DNA from: an uncultured virus (IMG/VR IMGVR_UViG_2061766007_000322)
Taxonomy: Duplodnaviria; Heunggongvirae; Uroviricota; Caudoviricetes
DNA: 64,000 nt
Reading direction: 5' to 3' (one strand)
IMG/VR virus record: IMGVR_UViG_2061766007_000322
The notes under the pieces are model-generated. The model made no database searches. It worked only from the letters and a program-made list of their open reading frames with translations, and had not been told where the DNA came from. Position 1 is the first letter of the stretch; every line of letters starts with the position of its first letter. The position numbers and the translations under genes are program-made. Shown here one piece after another: positions 1 to 10,322 of the stretch.

Positions 1-645
1 GCTGCTAAAAATGAATATGTAATGCTTGAGTATAATACATATGTCTTTACATGCGTTGAAGCAACAACTACACTCATTTATGAATTCGTTGATTTTGTTA
101 AGAGACCTGATAAGCCTACATATGTAATCACTCTTAAAGATACAAAATTCAGAGCTAATACTTTCTATTTTGAGCAACTTAATGCATTCAATAATGTAAA
201 TAAAAATATGTATACAAACTATCGTAAGATGCTTGAAACAATGATTTCATCTGGTAGAAACAACTTTACTGGAGCAGAAGTTATTGGTATTGCAGCAGTT
301 TCTATGGCAGCTCTTGCTGTAGTTCCTATTACAAGGTCACTTATTTATCATTTATATAATCTTCGTTCAAGTATTTCCTCAGAACTTGATCTTCAGGCAG
401 CATTTCTCGAAATGAATAAAACGTGTATTGAAGCAAATGATGCTTTTACAGAAGATAAGAAAAAGAAAATTATTTCTAAGCAGGAAAGTATACGTAAATT
501 TATGTCAGCCCTTTCTGATAAAATTCGTATTAAAGAATCAAAGAGTGTAAAAGTTACTGATAAGGAGATTGAGAATGATAATAAGACTATGTCTGTAAAT
601 AAAATCAGAAAAGATATTTCTGACTCTCCTTTAAGTATTTTATAG
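1..645 (+). CDS. Partial (5'-truncated) phage protein, probably virion structural
   Basis: Frame is open from base 1 to TAG at 645; lies in a cluster of probable head-protein genes. Confidence 0.55.
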   Translation, partial: AAKNEYVMLEYNTYVFTCVEATTTLIYEFVDFVKRPDKPTYVITLKDTKFRANTFYFEQLNAFNNVNKNMYTNYRKMLETMISSGRNNFTGAEVIGIAAVSMAALAVVPITRSLIYHLYNLRSSISSELDLQAAFLEMNKTCIEANDAFTEDKKKKIISKQESIRKFMSALSDKIRIKESKSVKVTDKEIENDNKTMSVNKIRKDISDSPLSIL

Positions 646-664
646 TATGAAAGGAGAATGAAAT

Positions 665-1381
665 ATGGATAAAGTAAAAGATAGAGTTGAAGATACAGAA
701 CGTCGTATTTCACAGTCTATTGAAGAGGCAACTGATAGCGAAACAATTGTAAACTCTATGTGCCTTGGTATTGAAGAATATAAAAATACTATTCGTAATT
801 TCTTTACTGATAGTAGTGGTAAGGAAATCAAAGAGGTTTATGGTAAATTAAAATCTCTTGATTATGCAAGAGATACATTAATTAATACTATAGATGTAAA
901 TTACGGATCAAGTATTTATTTTGAATATTATGATGGCATGAAATTATTTATAATTAAGCTATCAGAATCTGTTAAGAAAGCTGATTATAATAATATAGCT
1001 GACTGCTCATGTAAGATTGATACAGCATTTGATGCTGATAAAAAATTTATTGATTCCTTATTCGGCGGTAAGAATAATGCTGTAAAAGAAGAAGCTTTAA
1101 CAGAAGCAGTTAAGAATTTTGAATATATGATTGACTTCAATGACATACTTTCAAATATGTCCCATGATCTTAAGACTCTTATAAGAGAAAATTTAGATCA
1201 GGATGGTAGTCCTAAAAATGAGACTGTTGTTAAAGCTATGAAGCTTTTAGCAGGATCGATGAATACATTTATAAGTAAAACAATAAGCTCTATGCTTAAC
1301 ACATATAGTCATATATTGGATGCTGTTAGCGGTAATCCTACGGCACCATATCTTGAATCTACAAAATTTGTACTTATCTAA
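665..1381 (+). CDS. Hypothetical phage protein (238 aa)
   Basis: AAAGGAG RBS upstream of ATG; helical protein. Confidence 0.7.
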   Translation: MDKVKDRVEDTERRISQSIEEATDSETIVNSMCLGIEEYKNTIRNFFTDSSGKEIKEVYGKLKSLDYARDTLINTIDVNYGSSIYFEYYDGMKLFIIKLSESVKKADYNNIADCSCKIDTAFDADKKFIDSLFGGKNNAVKEEALTEAVKNFEYMIDFNDILSNMSHDLKTLIRENLDQDGSPKNETVVKAMKLLAGSMNTFISKTISSMLNTYSHILDAVSGNPTAPYLESTKFVLI

Positions 1382-1455
1382 TTTCTCAAATTGTATTAAA
1401 AACATTTGATTAATCAATAAAAGATAAGTCAAATAATAAAGAAAGGAGAGTATTT

Positions 1456-2433
1456 ATGGTCTTTTCTTTCGACATATCTAATTTTAAATATGAATGTGAA
1501 GAAGTACAATCTTTAATAAAAGCAAATTTAGAATCAGATATTATGACAGAACGAGCGTTTAAAGATTATTTTATTGAGTCATCATTAATATATATTAATG
1601 AAGCGTATGATCTCGATATGAATAAAACCGAAAAACCACAGAGTAATAATCCTATTGTAAAGCTCTTAAGAGGTGTTTGGAATGCAATTTCTAAATTATT
1701 TGAAACCATGAAAGATGGCTTTACAGGATTATTTAAAGATAAAATGACTATCGATGATTATATGTCAAGTAACTCTGGTAAAGAAAAATTTGAGTCTGAT
1801 GTCATACAAATAAATGATTCTATAGATGCTGATATAAGTAAAGGTTGTAAACTATTACAGATGATATCTTCGAAAACAGGTCTTCCTGACCAGATATTAA
1901 GCGAATGGATATTAGCTGGTGCAAATCACATAGAACAAATTGCACCCGGGATGATTCAGGGAGCGATTCAAAAAAATGTGTATAAAAAAGTTTATGATAA
2001 ACTCAATACAGATCAGAGACAGGTTCAAAAAGCATTTGAAGATGCTACGCAATTAGCTGCAAGTGAAACTGATCCAGATAAAAAGAAACAATATGAACAA
2101 GTAGCAGCACAGATGCAAAAGTTAATGTCTGCTAAAACAAAATTATCTACACAGCTTATTAAAGCAGCTAAATCTGCTGGTTCTAAGATAAAACATGTAT
2201 TCACAACTGATGTAAATGATCTAAATCAGGAAATGAAAGAGAAAGGTGCACAGAGGCGTGAAGAAAAAAGGCAAGAAAGAGCTAAGAAAAAAGCTCAAGC
2301 TAATCCTGAACCAATTAAAGCGTCACAAGCTGCTAAAGCTACTGGTAGATTCGTTGGAAAATCATTTAAACATGTCTTCACTGACCAAATCAAAATTGGT
2401 AAGAAAAAGGAAGATGATGTTACTTATATCTAA
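1456..2433 (+). CDS. Putative internal head protein, paralogous family
   Basis: AAAGGAG RBS; AACA-N6-TA motif at 1401; hydrophobic-X-E-[SA] motifs (FIES, INEA) followed by an amphipathic helix shared with neighbours. Confidence 0.55.
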   Translation: MVFSFDISNFKYECEEVQSLIKANLESDIMTERAFKDYFIESSLIYINEAYDLDMNKTEKPQSNNPIVKLLRGVWNAISKLFETMKDGFTGLFKDKMTIDDYMSSNSGKEKFESDVIQINDSIDADISKGCKLLQMISSKTGLPDQILSEWILAGANHIEQIAPGMIQGAIQKNVYKKVYDKLNTDQRQVQKAFEDATQLAASETDPDKKKQYEQVAAQMQKLMSAKTKLSTQLIKAAKSAGSKIKHVFTTDVNDLNQEMKEKGAQRREEKRQERAKKKAQANPEPIKASQAAKATGRFVGKSFKHVFTDQIKIGKKKEDDVTYI

Positions 2434-3970
2434 CTAAATATTTAGGAGATAATTAACCATGATAAATACATTATACTTAGATGAAACCCTTACGGGTTTT
2501 GAAAGAGAAATTGCTATTGAAAGTGCAAAGACAGATATTGCTTTTCAGAAGCTTGACGCTTTATATGAAGCAGTTGATGCAACTCTGAAGGCTAACTATA
2601 TGGAAGCTGAACTTAAGGTATATGCTGAAAATGGTACGTATGATGACCTTGCTACACTTTACACTGAAGCAGAAAGTGAGGCTGCTAAGAAGAAGGGTGG
2701 TATCCTTTCATCTCTGTTTAATGCCATTGAGAGCTTCTGTAGTTCAATTATTAATGGTATTAAAAATATCTTTAAGAAAAGTAGTGAAAACAAATCAGTT
2801 CCGCAGGATACTGTTCTTGATGTAGCGACGGATGATATTAAAAAGCTTGATACTGCAGATAAAATTGTAAGTAAAGCTACAGGTTTCCTTCATGGTATTA
2901 AAAGTACCACAAAAGATAGTTGTGAAGATTTTGTAAAATTTGTTAAGGACAATATTGGTTTTGTTGTTGTTACTGGTACTGCAGTAGTTGGAACAACACA
3001 TGTAATTACAAAGAAAGTTACAAAGGCTTCATTTGAGAAAAAAATTGCCAAAGTAACTGAAGAGCTTAATGACCTTAAATTCCAAGGTTCTAATGCAAAA
3101 AGAATCTTTGAAAGGGGATATATTGATACTGCTGAAGAAATTGTATTTTCACTCTTTGATACATCCTATTATGACCAGAGATATGCAGAAATGGAAGCGG
3201 AACAGAGGGGTAAGAAGAAGAAAGGCTCTAAAATCTTAGATGCTATTAAAACAGCATTAAAATGGATCTGTGATGCTATTAAAAAGATTGGTACATTCGT
3301 ATCAGGCATCTGGAATAAGTATATTGGTTCATTATTTAAGAAGAACAAGAATACTGAAGCTAAGTAAAGCGTCACAAGCTGCTAAAGCTACTGGTAGATT
3401 CGTTTGAAAATCATTTAAACATGTCTTCATTAACCAAATCAAAATTGGTAAGAAAAAGGAAGATGATGTTACTTAAATATAACTAAATATTTAGGAGGTA
3501 ATTTATTATGTCAAATACATTATACTTAGATGAAACCCTTACGGGTTTTGAAAGAGAAATTGCTATTGAAAGTGCAAAGATGGATATTTCTATGCAGAAG
3601 CTTGATGCTTTATATGAAGCTGTTGATGCGAATCTTCAGGCTAATTATAAAGAAGCTGAACTTAAGGTATATGCTGAAAATGGTACGTATGATGATCTTG
3701 CTATGCTTTATATGGAAGCTGAGAATGATGCAGCTGATAAGAAGGGCGGTATCCTTTCATCTTTGTTTAATGCTATTGTGAGCTTCTGTAGTTCAATTAT
3801 TAATGGTATTAAAAATATTTTTAAGAAAAGTAGTGAAAACAAATCAGTTCCGCAGGATACTGTTCTTGAGGTAGAGACCGAGGATACTAAAAAGCTTGAT
3901 ACTGCAGGTAAAATTGTAGGTAAAGCTACAGGTTTCCTTCATGGTATTAAAAGTACCACAAAAGATAGTN
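2318..3970 (+). repeat. Tandem duplication of about 1.05 kb period (2318 onward repeated from 3366)
   Basis: AAAGCGTCACAAGCTGCTAAAGCTACTGGTAGATTCG and the following 130 bp plus gene start occur at 2318 and 3366. Confidence 0.9.
2459..3367 (+). CDS. Putative internal head protein, paralogue A of a tandem duplication
   Basis: AGGAG RBS; AIES/YTEA motifs; near-identical N-terminal half to the gene at 3508. Confidence 0.6.
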   Translation: MINTLYLDETLTGFEREIAIESAKTDIAFQKLDALYEAVDATLKANYMEAELKVYAENGTYDDLATLYTEAESEAAKKKGGILSSLFNAIESFCSSIINGIKNIFKKSSENKSVPQDTVLDVATDDIKKLDTADKIVSKATGFLHGIKSTTKDSCEDFVKFVKDNIGFVVVTGTAVVGTTHVITKKVTKASFEKKIAKVTEELNDLKFQGSNAKRIFERGYIDTAEEIVFSLFDTSYYDQRYAEMEAEQRGKKKKGSKILDAIKTALKWICDAIKKIGTFVSGIWNKYIGSLFKKNKNTEAK

Positions 3971-4595
3971 NNNNNNNNNNNNNNNNNNNNNNNNNNNNNN
4001 NNNNNNNNNNCAACAGGTGCAGTGGTTGGTACAACACATGTAATTACAAAGAAAGTTACAAAGGCTTCATTTGAGAAAAAAATTGCTGAGTTAACTAATC
4101 AGGTTGATGAACTTAGAAAAGCTGTTAATGGTGCAAAAGTCGCAGTTAAAGCTGGAGAAATTCTCACAAGTTCTGGTGGAAATAGTGGTGAACAGAAACC
4201 CGCAGAGCAGAAACCTGCAGAGCAGAAACCTGCAGAGAAACCAGCTGCATCTAACGATAATAAATCAGGTGCTGCAACACCGGCTGAACAGAAACCACAG
4301 GCTACTACGCAGGAATCTGCCGATAAGAAGAAAGGTTCTAAAATCTTAGATGCTATTAAAACAGCATTAAGATGGATCGGTGATGGTATCAAAAAGATTG
4401 GTACATTCGTATCAGGCATCTGGAATAAGTATATTGGTTCNNNNNNNNNNAACTAAACAGGCTGATGATTCTGGTGACGGTAAGTCGGATGGAAAATCTG
4501 ATAAAACTGAAACAAAACCTGAAACAAAACCTGAAACAAAGCCTGAAGAAACCAAAACCGAATCAGCAATCGATTTTCTTCTCTATTTAATCTAA
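3508..4595 (+). CDS. Putative internal head protein, paralogue B (one gene broken by two N gaps)
   Basis: ORF pieces 3508-4074, 3941-4456 and 4380-4595 align collinearly with paralogue A; frame changes coincide with the N runs. Confidence 0.6.
4191..4243 (+). repeat. 15-bp coding tandem repeat (EQKPA x3)
   Basis: GAGCAGAAACCTGCA-like units. Confidence 0.85.
4509..4546 (+). repeat. 12-bp coding tandem repeat (ETKP x3)
   Basis: GAAACAAAACCT units. Confidence 0.85.
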
Positions 4596-4631
4596 AAATA
4601 TAAATAATTTATATAGAAAGGATGATATGTA

Positions 4632-5687
4632 ATGTCTACAATATATAAGTTTGCATCAGAGATATATACAGAATATATGGATACATCTATCAAGTTTGAT
4701 AAAATTTCATTATTTACTGAGGCATCTCGTACTGAGTACAATATTAATCGCAAAGAAGCATTGTTAAGAACTCTTAAGGAATCGGCTACTGATGAAGAAT
4801 ATTATAGTTTTCTGAAAGAAGCTGAAGAGTCTTTTGTTGAACGTGCTAAAAATACAATTAAGAAATTTATTGATACGGTTAAGCAGTTTATTGATAAGTG
4901 TAAACAGCGTATCATTAAACTCATTGCAGATCTTAAGACAAGCAAGCTCATTCAGAAGATTAAGAATGTATTTAGCAAACATCCTGAAATTAAGAATGAG
5001 ACAATTGAGTATACCGAAACAGATGACGCTATTAAGACACTTGATAATGGTATTTCTAAGCTTAATATTAAAGCAACAAAAGTTGGTGCTGTTGGAGCTT
5101 CCGATGACGACGATGATGAAATCAGAGATATTTTTGAAAAGACCATGCAGGAAGTTAGCAATAAGGTAAAAAATGCTGTAGAGATGACTCTTGAAACTGC
5201 TACAAAATATCTCGAAGGGCTCAGTTCTGAAACAGAAGTGGATAATGAAATCGGCGGGCTCCCCAACAATGACCCTCTTAATACAATGGTTGGTAAGGTT
5301 GACGATGCTCCTGATAGCGAATCTGCAAATACAATGGTTACTGCAGCAAGCTATATGAGTAAGGCTAAGAAAGAGCGTTTCTCACTTAAGACCATCAAAT
5401 TTACATCTATTCTTCAGGGTATTCGTGATTGCTTTGCAAAGATTAAAGCTAAGTTTAAGGCAGAAGAAGATTCTACATCTGAAGAGACTGATGATAAGAA
5501 GGAAACTACTACAGAAGAGTCTGTATATGATATTCCTCTTTTCAATCCGATTTTCTACTATGAAACTTTCGTAGGAGATTTTTTAAGTGAAGATGAAACT
5601 GAAACGGTAACCGAATCAGAATTTCTCGGTATGTCTGAAGGTCTCGACCTTGATACATATTTTACAGAAATTTACAATTCTATTTAA
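4632..5687 (+). CDS. Putative internal head protein, paralogous family
   Basis: RBS; FTEA/LKES/LKEA motifs then helix 'SFVERAKNTIKKFIDTVKQFIDK' resembling paralogues. Confidence 0.55.
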   Translation: MSTIYKFASEIYTEYMDTSIKFDKISLFTEASRTEYNINRKEALLRTLKESATDEEYYSFLKEAEESFVERAKNTIKKFIDTVKQFIDKCKQRIIKLIADLKTSKLIQKIKNVFSKHPEIKNETIEYTETDDAIKTLDNGISKLNIKATKVGAVGASDDDDDEIRDIFEKTMQEVSNKVKNAVEMTLETATKYLEGLSSETEVDNEIGGLPNNDPLNTMVGKVDDAPDSESANTMVTAASYMSKAKKERFSLKTIKFTSILQGIRDCFAKIKAKFKAEEDSTSEETDDKKETTTEESVYDIPLFNPIFYYETFVGDFLSEDETETVTESEFLGMSEGLDLDTYFTEIYNSI

Positions 5688-5694
5688 TTAAAAT

Positions 5695-5738
5695 AAGATA
5701 GAGTGGGTGGAAATTTATCCACTTCACTCTATCTTTTA
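5695..5738 (+). terminator. Intrinsic terminator-like hairpin
   Basis: AAGATAGAGTG...CACTCTATCTT inverted repeat followed by T run. Confidence 0.6.
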
Positions 5739-5765
5739 AAATATATAATGAAAGGAGTTTACACT

Positions 5766-6842
5766 ATGGTTGATACTTCATTAGACAAGTTATACTATGA
5801 AGGTGTTTATGAGTATAAACTTGGTTCTGAATTATATAAGAGATGCTTACCAATTGATGAATATTCATTAATATTTGAAACAGAAGACCCTGTTATTGCT
5901 GAAAAAAATAAGCGAATTGAAAAAGCTCAGGATAGATCACAAAGTGGTGTATCTAAAATCATTTCAGCAGTAAAAAAGATGATTTCAAATCTTATTGATT
6001 CTATCAAAGACTTTTTTGACCGTCTTGGTCTTAAAGGTGACGAAAAAGCACAGTTTGAAGCATATAGAAAACAGATGGCTGAAAATCCTGCTTTAAAGAA
6101 TAAGAGAATTACTGTTAAGGATTTCAGAGCTGTAAATCAACAGTATGAAGCATTAATTGGTGATGTTGAGCGTGATATACGTGCTGAAAGAGATGGCGAA
6201 CAGCATCCTATTGATGCTAAGATTCATGAATATGAAGAACGCTTAAAGAATATAGGTTTAGCTCAAGGTAGTATCGTTGCTGCAGATGTTGCTATTAAAA
6301 TGGCAGAATCTAATGTTAATGTAGCTAAAATGATTCAAACTGCATTAAGAAAAGATAATGGTATAATGGATCGGTTAGTTGCATCTCTTGGAGCTAAAGA
6401 AGCAGGTAAAGTAAAGAAATCCATAGATGCTGCTGCAAGAAACTCTATCTTTACTCGTCTTAAAGTTAAAATTAGAGGTAAGCAGTATCATGACGCTGAA
6501 GAATGCATAAATGCTACCATTACAGAATTAAAGAATGGTGGTTTTGCTAATCCGTTTACATTCCTTGGTAGAAATCAGCTTAATAACCAATACACTAAGG
6601 GGTATACTCGTGCTGCTATTAAATCTGGTGTTGTTGGAGCAAAAAATGCTGCTGGAGATACAGCTAAGAAAAAAGGCGGAGATTTTGTTCATAAGTTATT
6701 TACTGGTAAAAGTAAAACTGAAAAGAAGGGAAATCAGGAAGCCGAATATACCGCAGCTGGAGACTTTTTATTTGGTGGTGCTAAGAGGAGAAAAGAATCT
6801 CAACAAGCACCTCCTGAACCAGATAAAGACCCCAATAAATAA
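5766..6842 (+). CDS. Putative internal head protein, paralogous family
   Basis: AAAGGAG RBS places the start at ATG 5766; helix 'KIISAVKKMISNLIDSIKDFF' matches the family. Confidence 0.55.
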   Translation: MVDTSLDKLYYEGVYEYKLGSELYKRCLPIDEYSLIFETEDPVIAEKNKRIEKAQDRSQSGVSKIISAVKKMISNLIDSIKDFFDRLGLKGDEKAQFEAYRKQMAENPALKNKRITVKDFRAVNQQYEALIGDVERDIRAERDGEQHPIDAKIHEYEERLKNIGLAQGSIVAADVAIKMAESNVNVAKMIQTALRKDNGIMDRLVASLGAKEAGKVKKSIDAAARNSIFTRLKVKIRGKQYHDAEECINATITELKNGGFANPFTFLGRNQLNNQYTKGYTRAAIKSGVVGAKNAAGDTAKKKGGDFVHKLFTGKSKTEKKGNQEAEYTAAGDFLFGGAKRRKESQQAPPEPDKDPNK

Positions 6843-6849
6843 AATAAGA

Positions 6850-6890
6850 AATATGCATATAGTATTTAACGATACTATATGCATATTTTT
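6850..6890 (+). terminator. Intrinsic terminator
   Basis: AATATGCATATAGTAT/ATACTATATGCATATT stem plus T run. Confidence 0.7.
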
Positions 6891-6917
6891 GAATCCGTAT
6901 TTTAGTATTAAATAATG

Positions 6918-6930
6918 ATATATTATTTTT
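6918..6930 (+). promoter_or_regulatory. Early-type promoter motif (ATATATTATTTTT, one mismatch to TATATATTAT)
   Basis: Member of a 12-site intergenic motif family. Confidence 0.6.
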
Positions 6931-7044
6931 GTAGGAAAGACCAAGAAACACGAACTAACACAAAAATAATTTACTTGGTGCAACAGGTTTGTGTGTATGG
7001 GTCAGACTGGATCCAAATACAAAATACATAGGGAGGTCATTATT

Positions 7045-7278
7045 ATGACACATGATCAATTCGAAGCTACAGTTACCCGTGACGTAGCAATTCAAGAACG
7101 CTGCCGTACTATACGTACTGTATGTTGGACAACAATTGTAGCCGGTATTGCCGCAACTACTGTTGTAAGTGTAATCGCAGGCTTCAAAGGGCTTGTTGAC
7201 GAAAAGAAGACGTCAAGGCAGACCGCTCAGCACGTAGGTCAGTACGTAGGCACATATGATGATTCTGAAAGCATCTAA
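7045..7278 (+). CDS. Small single-pass membrane protein (77 aa)
   Basis: GGAGG RBS before ATG 7045; hydrophobic stretch VCWTTIVAGIAATTVVSVIAGF. Confidence 0.7.
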   Translation: MTHDQFEATVTRDVAIQERCRTIRTVCWTTIVAGIAATTVVSVIAGFKGLVDEKKTSRQTAQHVGQYVGTYDDSESI

Positions 7279-7290
7279 TCTATAAGCACA

Positions 7291-7330
7291 ATACGGTGGT
7301 GAGTTATCCACACTCACCACCGTATTTTTT
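7291..7330. terminator. Terminator between convergent genes
   Basis: ATACGGTGGTGAGT/ACTCACCACCGTAT perfect stem plus T run. Confidence 0.8.
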
Positions 7331-8532
7331 TATTTTTTATTAATGAATTTATTTACAACTTCTTTGATTATATACATAATGATTGGTGTAAAGAAGAATA
7401 CTTCTAAATTACCATCAAGCTGTAATAGTTCATCATTTAATGTTAATGGAATATCACTTATTTCAAGTGTATCATTTCTTACAAATTTTTTTATTAATGT
7501 TGCATAGTCATGCTTTGTTTCACCATTATATTTAATTGCATCAACATATTCATCACTAAATATCTTCTTTGCTTTATCAGATAATTCTCCAGGAATATCT
7601 ACATAATAAATATTTCTTTCAAGATATCTATAAAAAGATGTTTCGTGATTTTTAACTCCTGCAATTATATCATATCCAAAGTTCTTTACAAGAGTATGAT
7701 CTCTTCTTTCAATAAATCTATATAAAGAACGCTCATATTTAATTCTTCTTTTAGGATCAGTAAACTCATCAGTAAGCATTAAACAAGATAAATCATTTTT
7801 TTTATTAAACAACTGATGGTCATTAATAAACTGAGATTGGAAAGGATCATATAAATATAACCCAGGTCCCATTTCTCCTAAGAAGCAATTATGACGTTCA
7901 TTATAAAATACACTCTTATATGTAGAAGCAATATCGTTATACATATTATCAATTTTATCAAGCAATTCCTTTGATTTTAACTCGATGATACAATTATTTT
8001 CAGTGCCAATGTTTTCAAGGATGCATGTATACTCCTCTTTAACTTGATTCTTCATATTAATAACTTTATCTTCATCGAGCCATTCAAGTTTATATGATAT
8101 TTTATAATAGTTATCAGGCATTATATTATCATAATTAACTTCTGTTACACGGAATATGTATGGTTCTTTAAGATATGGTATCATGAATAAATCATTTGGT
8201 AATGGTTTAATTGAACCTGGAACTATAACAGCTTCTCCTTCATAACCACTATCTAAACCTTGATCCTGTTCTGATAATTGAAGTGTGATTTGTTCTATAC
8301 CATAAAGAGGAAATGATTCTATTTTATTAAAACGAATTGGTGAACGGAAACCTAAAATAGATGCAACGTCTTTAAAACCAGTATCTGTAGTTGTTTCATT
8401 ATTATTAATATGATAATAGTTTACAAAAGTGGGGGTTGTTTCAAGAAATCTTGAAACAGAAGATTTTAATCTATTTTCATATTTGAAAAAATTATCTTCT
8501 ACCATTCTTTTTTCATCTATAATCATAGCCAT
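7330..8532 (-). CDS. Probable jumbo-phage virion structural protein (400 aa)
   Basis: AAGGTGA RBS; late-type promoter at 8568-8579; beta-rich N-terminal region (GEAVIVPGSIKPLPND, IFRVTEV) of the kind seen in phiKZ-like structural proteins. Confidence 0.55.
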   Translation of the reverse strand: MAMIIDEKRMVEDNFFKYENRLKSSVSRFLETTPTFVNYYHINNNETTTDTGFKDVASILGFRSPIRFNKIESFPLYGIEQITLQLSEQDQGLDSGYEGEAVIVPGSIKPLPNDLFMIPYLKEPYIFRVTEVNYDNIMPDNYYKISYKLEWLDEDKVINMKNQVKEEYTCILENIGTENNCIIELKSKELLDKIDNMYNDIASTYKSVFYNERHNCFLGEMGPGLYLYDPFQSQFINDHQLFNKKNDLSCLMLTDEFTDPKRRIKYERSLYRFIERRDHTLVKNFGYDIIAGVKNHETSFYRYLERNIYYVDIPGELSDKAKKIFSDEYVDAIKYNGETKHDYATLIKKFVRNDTLEISDIPLTLNDELLQLDGNLEVFFFTPIIMYIIKEVVNKFINKK

Positions 8533-8567
8533 TTATAATCACCTTCTTAATTAATAATCATAGCAAT

Positions 8568-8579
8568 TATTATTTTGTT
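8568..8579 (-). promoter_or_regulatory. Late-type promoter AACA-N6-TA
   Basis: AACAAAATAATA on the minus strand upstream of 8532. Confidence 0.6.
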
Positions 8580-8620
8580 TTCAACAGGATTTATAAATCA
8601 GTATTTTGGTTTTTTGTATA

Positions 8621-8630
8621 TATATATTAT
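8621..8630 (+). promoter_or_regulatory. Early-type promoter motif TATATATTAT
   Basis: Exact motif followed by T run. Confidence 0.65.
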
Positions 8631-8679
8631 TTTTGTAGCAAAATATAAAATATATTATATAACGAAAGGATGTTTTAGT

Positions 8680-8961
8680 ATGACTTTTACCGTTGCATAC
8701 AATATGGATATGAGAACGGAAAACACCGACTGGATATTTCAGAATAACAATGGAGACCACAACCTGAGAACCATGAAATGCGAAGCGAATACCACTGACG
8801 ATGCTATAGCATCGACAATATCCAAATTAATGGCAGAATTGCAGGAAAATGGTGCTATAATCACCGCAAAGAATCTCAATAACTCCAACTCTATTGAATT
8901 TAGATTCTGCGGAATGGATTACAGAGCATCTAATTTCAGAGCTCTTGGGTTAATTAGTTAA
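8680..8961 (+). CDS. Hypothetical early protein (93 aa)
   Basis: GAAAGGA RBS supports ATG 8680. Confidence 0.7.
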   Translation: MTFTVAYNMDMRTENTDWIFQNNNGDHNLRTMKCEANTTDDAIASTISKLMAELQENGAIITAKNLNNSNSIEFRFCGMDYRASNFRALGLIS

Positions 8962-9001
8962 GAGTGAGAGATGTTTATAAACTCTGACATATCCATGTGT
9001 T

Positions 9002-9038
9002 GGGCTGTATTATTGCCAAGTACAGCCCTTCTTTTTTA
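9002..9038 (+). terminator. Hairpin of the TATTGCCAA-loop family
   Basis: GGGCTGTAT-TATTGCCAA-GTACAGCCC followed by T run; same loop as the hairpins after the LRR genes. Confidence 0.75.
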
Positions 9039-9093
9039 TATATTTATGGACTTTTATAATAACAAAAATACATATGAAAAGGATTGGTATAAT

Positions 9094-9423
9094 ATGGCTA
9101 TATCTATAAAAAGGCTTGGATGGAATGGAATCTCAACGAGTAAAGATAGTGAACTTAATGATATTACTACTATTGAGACTTGGGGTTTAGAAAAGTGCAA
9201 TGAATTCATCAATATGTATGAAAAAATTCCTCGTGAGATTATATATGCAAAAATAAATGATATTAAGAAAAAGTGGAAAAACAACTCTTATGAAATTCAT
9301 CCAAGTGTTAGGTCTAAATGGAAATCTCTTACTGGAGATAAAGACCCTGTAACACAAGGATTTTTTATATTAAAAGAAGAAAATGGTTCACAACATCCGC
9401 TTGTTATTGCTATGACAGAGTAA
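9094..9423 (+). CDS. Hypothetical protein (109 aa)
   Basis: AAAAGGA RBS supports ATG 9094; the longer ORF runs through a terminator. Confidence 0.65.
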   Translation: MAISIKRLGWNGISTSKDSELNDITTIETWGLEKCNEFINMYEKIPREIIYAKINDIKKKWKNNSYEIHPSVRSKWKSLTGDKDPVTQGFFILKEENGSQHPLVIAMTE

Positions 9424-9450
9424 TCATTTTCTTAATTTATTTCCATTAAT

Positions 9451-9460
9451 TATATATTAT
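9451..9460 (+). promoter_or_regulatory. Early-type promoter motif TATATATTAT
   Basis: Exact motif. Confidence 0.65.
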
Positions 9461-9513
9461 ATTTTTGAATATGAAACCATATATAATACTAAATACGAAA
9501 GAGGTGATTCTAT

Positions 9514-9789
9514 ATGTCAAAACACAATCGTCATAAGGATTATGATTATTCAGATATTCATTACGACGGAGATATCAAGAAACTCCTTGAAGACATGGCT
9601 GATGTTATTGAAAATTTTGCAGCATACATGGAGACATATGCAATATACTCATGTTCTGAAGAGGAGTGGATTGAAAATAAGAAGCTGATAAAAAAGCTTA
9701 TAAAGAAATTGAAGAAAGGAGATCCTTCATGTCTGGATATAGATAGAATGAATGAGATTCTGGATTCCGGACATAGTGTGCTTGTATGA
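9514..9789 (+). CDS. Hypothetical protein (91 aa)
   Basis: GAGGTG RBS. Confidence 0.7.
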   Translation: MSKHNRHKDYDYSDIHYDGDIKKLLEDMADVIENFAAYMETYAIYSCSEEEWIENKKLIKKLIKKLKKGDPSCLDIDRMNEILDSGHSVLV

Positions 9790-10316
9790 AAGTGCACTTA
9801 CTTTATTTGAAAAAAACAAAATTACTGTATGGGATTAGTATTCAAAAAAATGTCATAGACAGGTTTTTATCTGAAAGAAATCATAAATCTTTCATCCATA
9901 AAATTAAAAAGATTAGTAAAGAAAAATACGATAAATTTCTGAAAATTAACAATAACAGAAATAGAATTTTGTCTGAATATCCGTTAACAGATAATAATGG
10001 TTCCTATACAATTATTGCAACAGCAATTGAAGATGAAATACTCTCAGAAGCGTGTGATATTATAAATAAAAGAATGTATGAGATTAAAAAGAATTTCTCA
10101 ACGTACATTCATCTTAAAGAACCATTTAATACCGCAATTGATAATTTAACAGATTGCTATATTTCAGATGAACAGCAGCCTATTGTTGTCATAGATACGG
10201 TAAAATTATTCTACAGATTATTTCAGGACACGTTTATACCCGTGTGTGAATTGGAATTTCTGGAAAAAGATGAATCATTTGATTATCTTTTTAATAAAAT
10301 TATAATTAGGAGGTAA
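9786..10316 (+). CDS. Hypothetical protein (176 aa)
   Basis: ATGA overlap with the previous gene. Confidence 0.7.
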   Translation: MKVHLLYLKKTKLLYGISIQKNVIDRFLSERNHKSFIHKIKKISKEKYDKFLKINNNRNRILSEYPLTDNNGSYTIIATAIEDEILSEACDIINKRMYEIKKNFSTYIHLKEPFNTAIDNLTDCYISDEQQPIVVIDTVKLFYRLFQDTFIPVCELEFLEKDESFDYLFNKIIIRR

Positions 10317-10322
10317 AACAAA

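Noticed and set aside
3970..4450. Programmed frameshifts in the 3508 gene (and at about 49182 in LRR gene 3)
   Set aside because: Frame changes coincide with N gaps of arbitrary length
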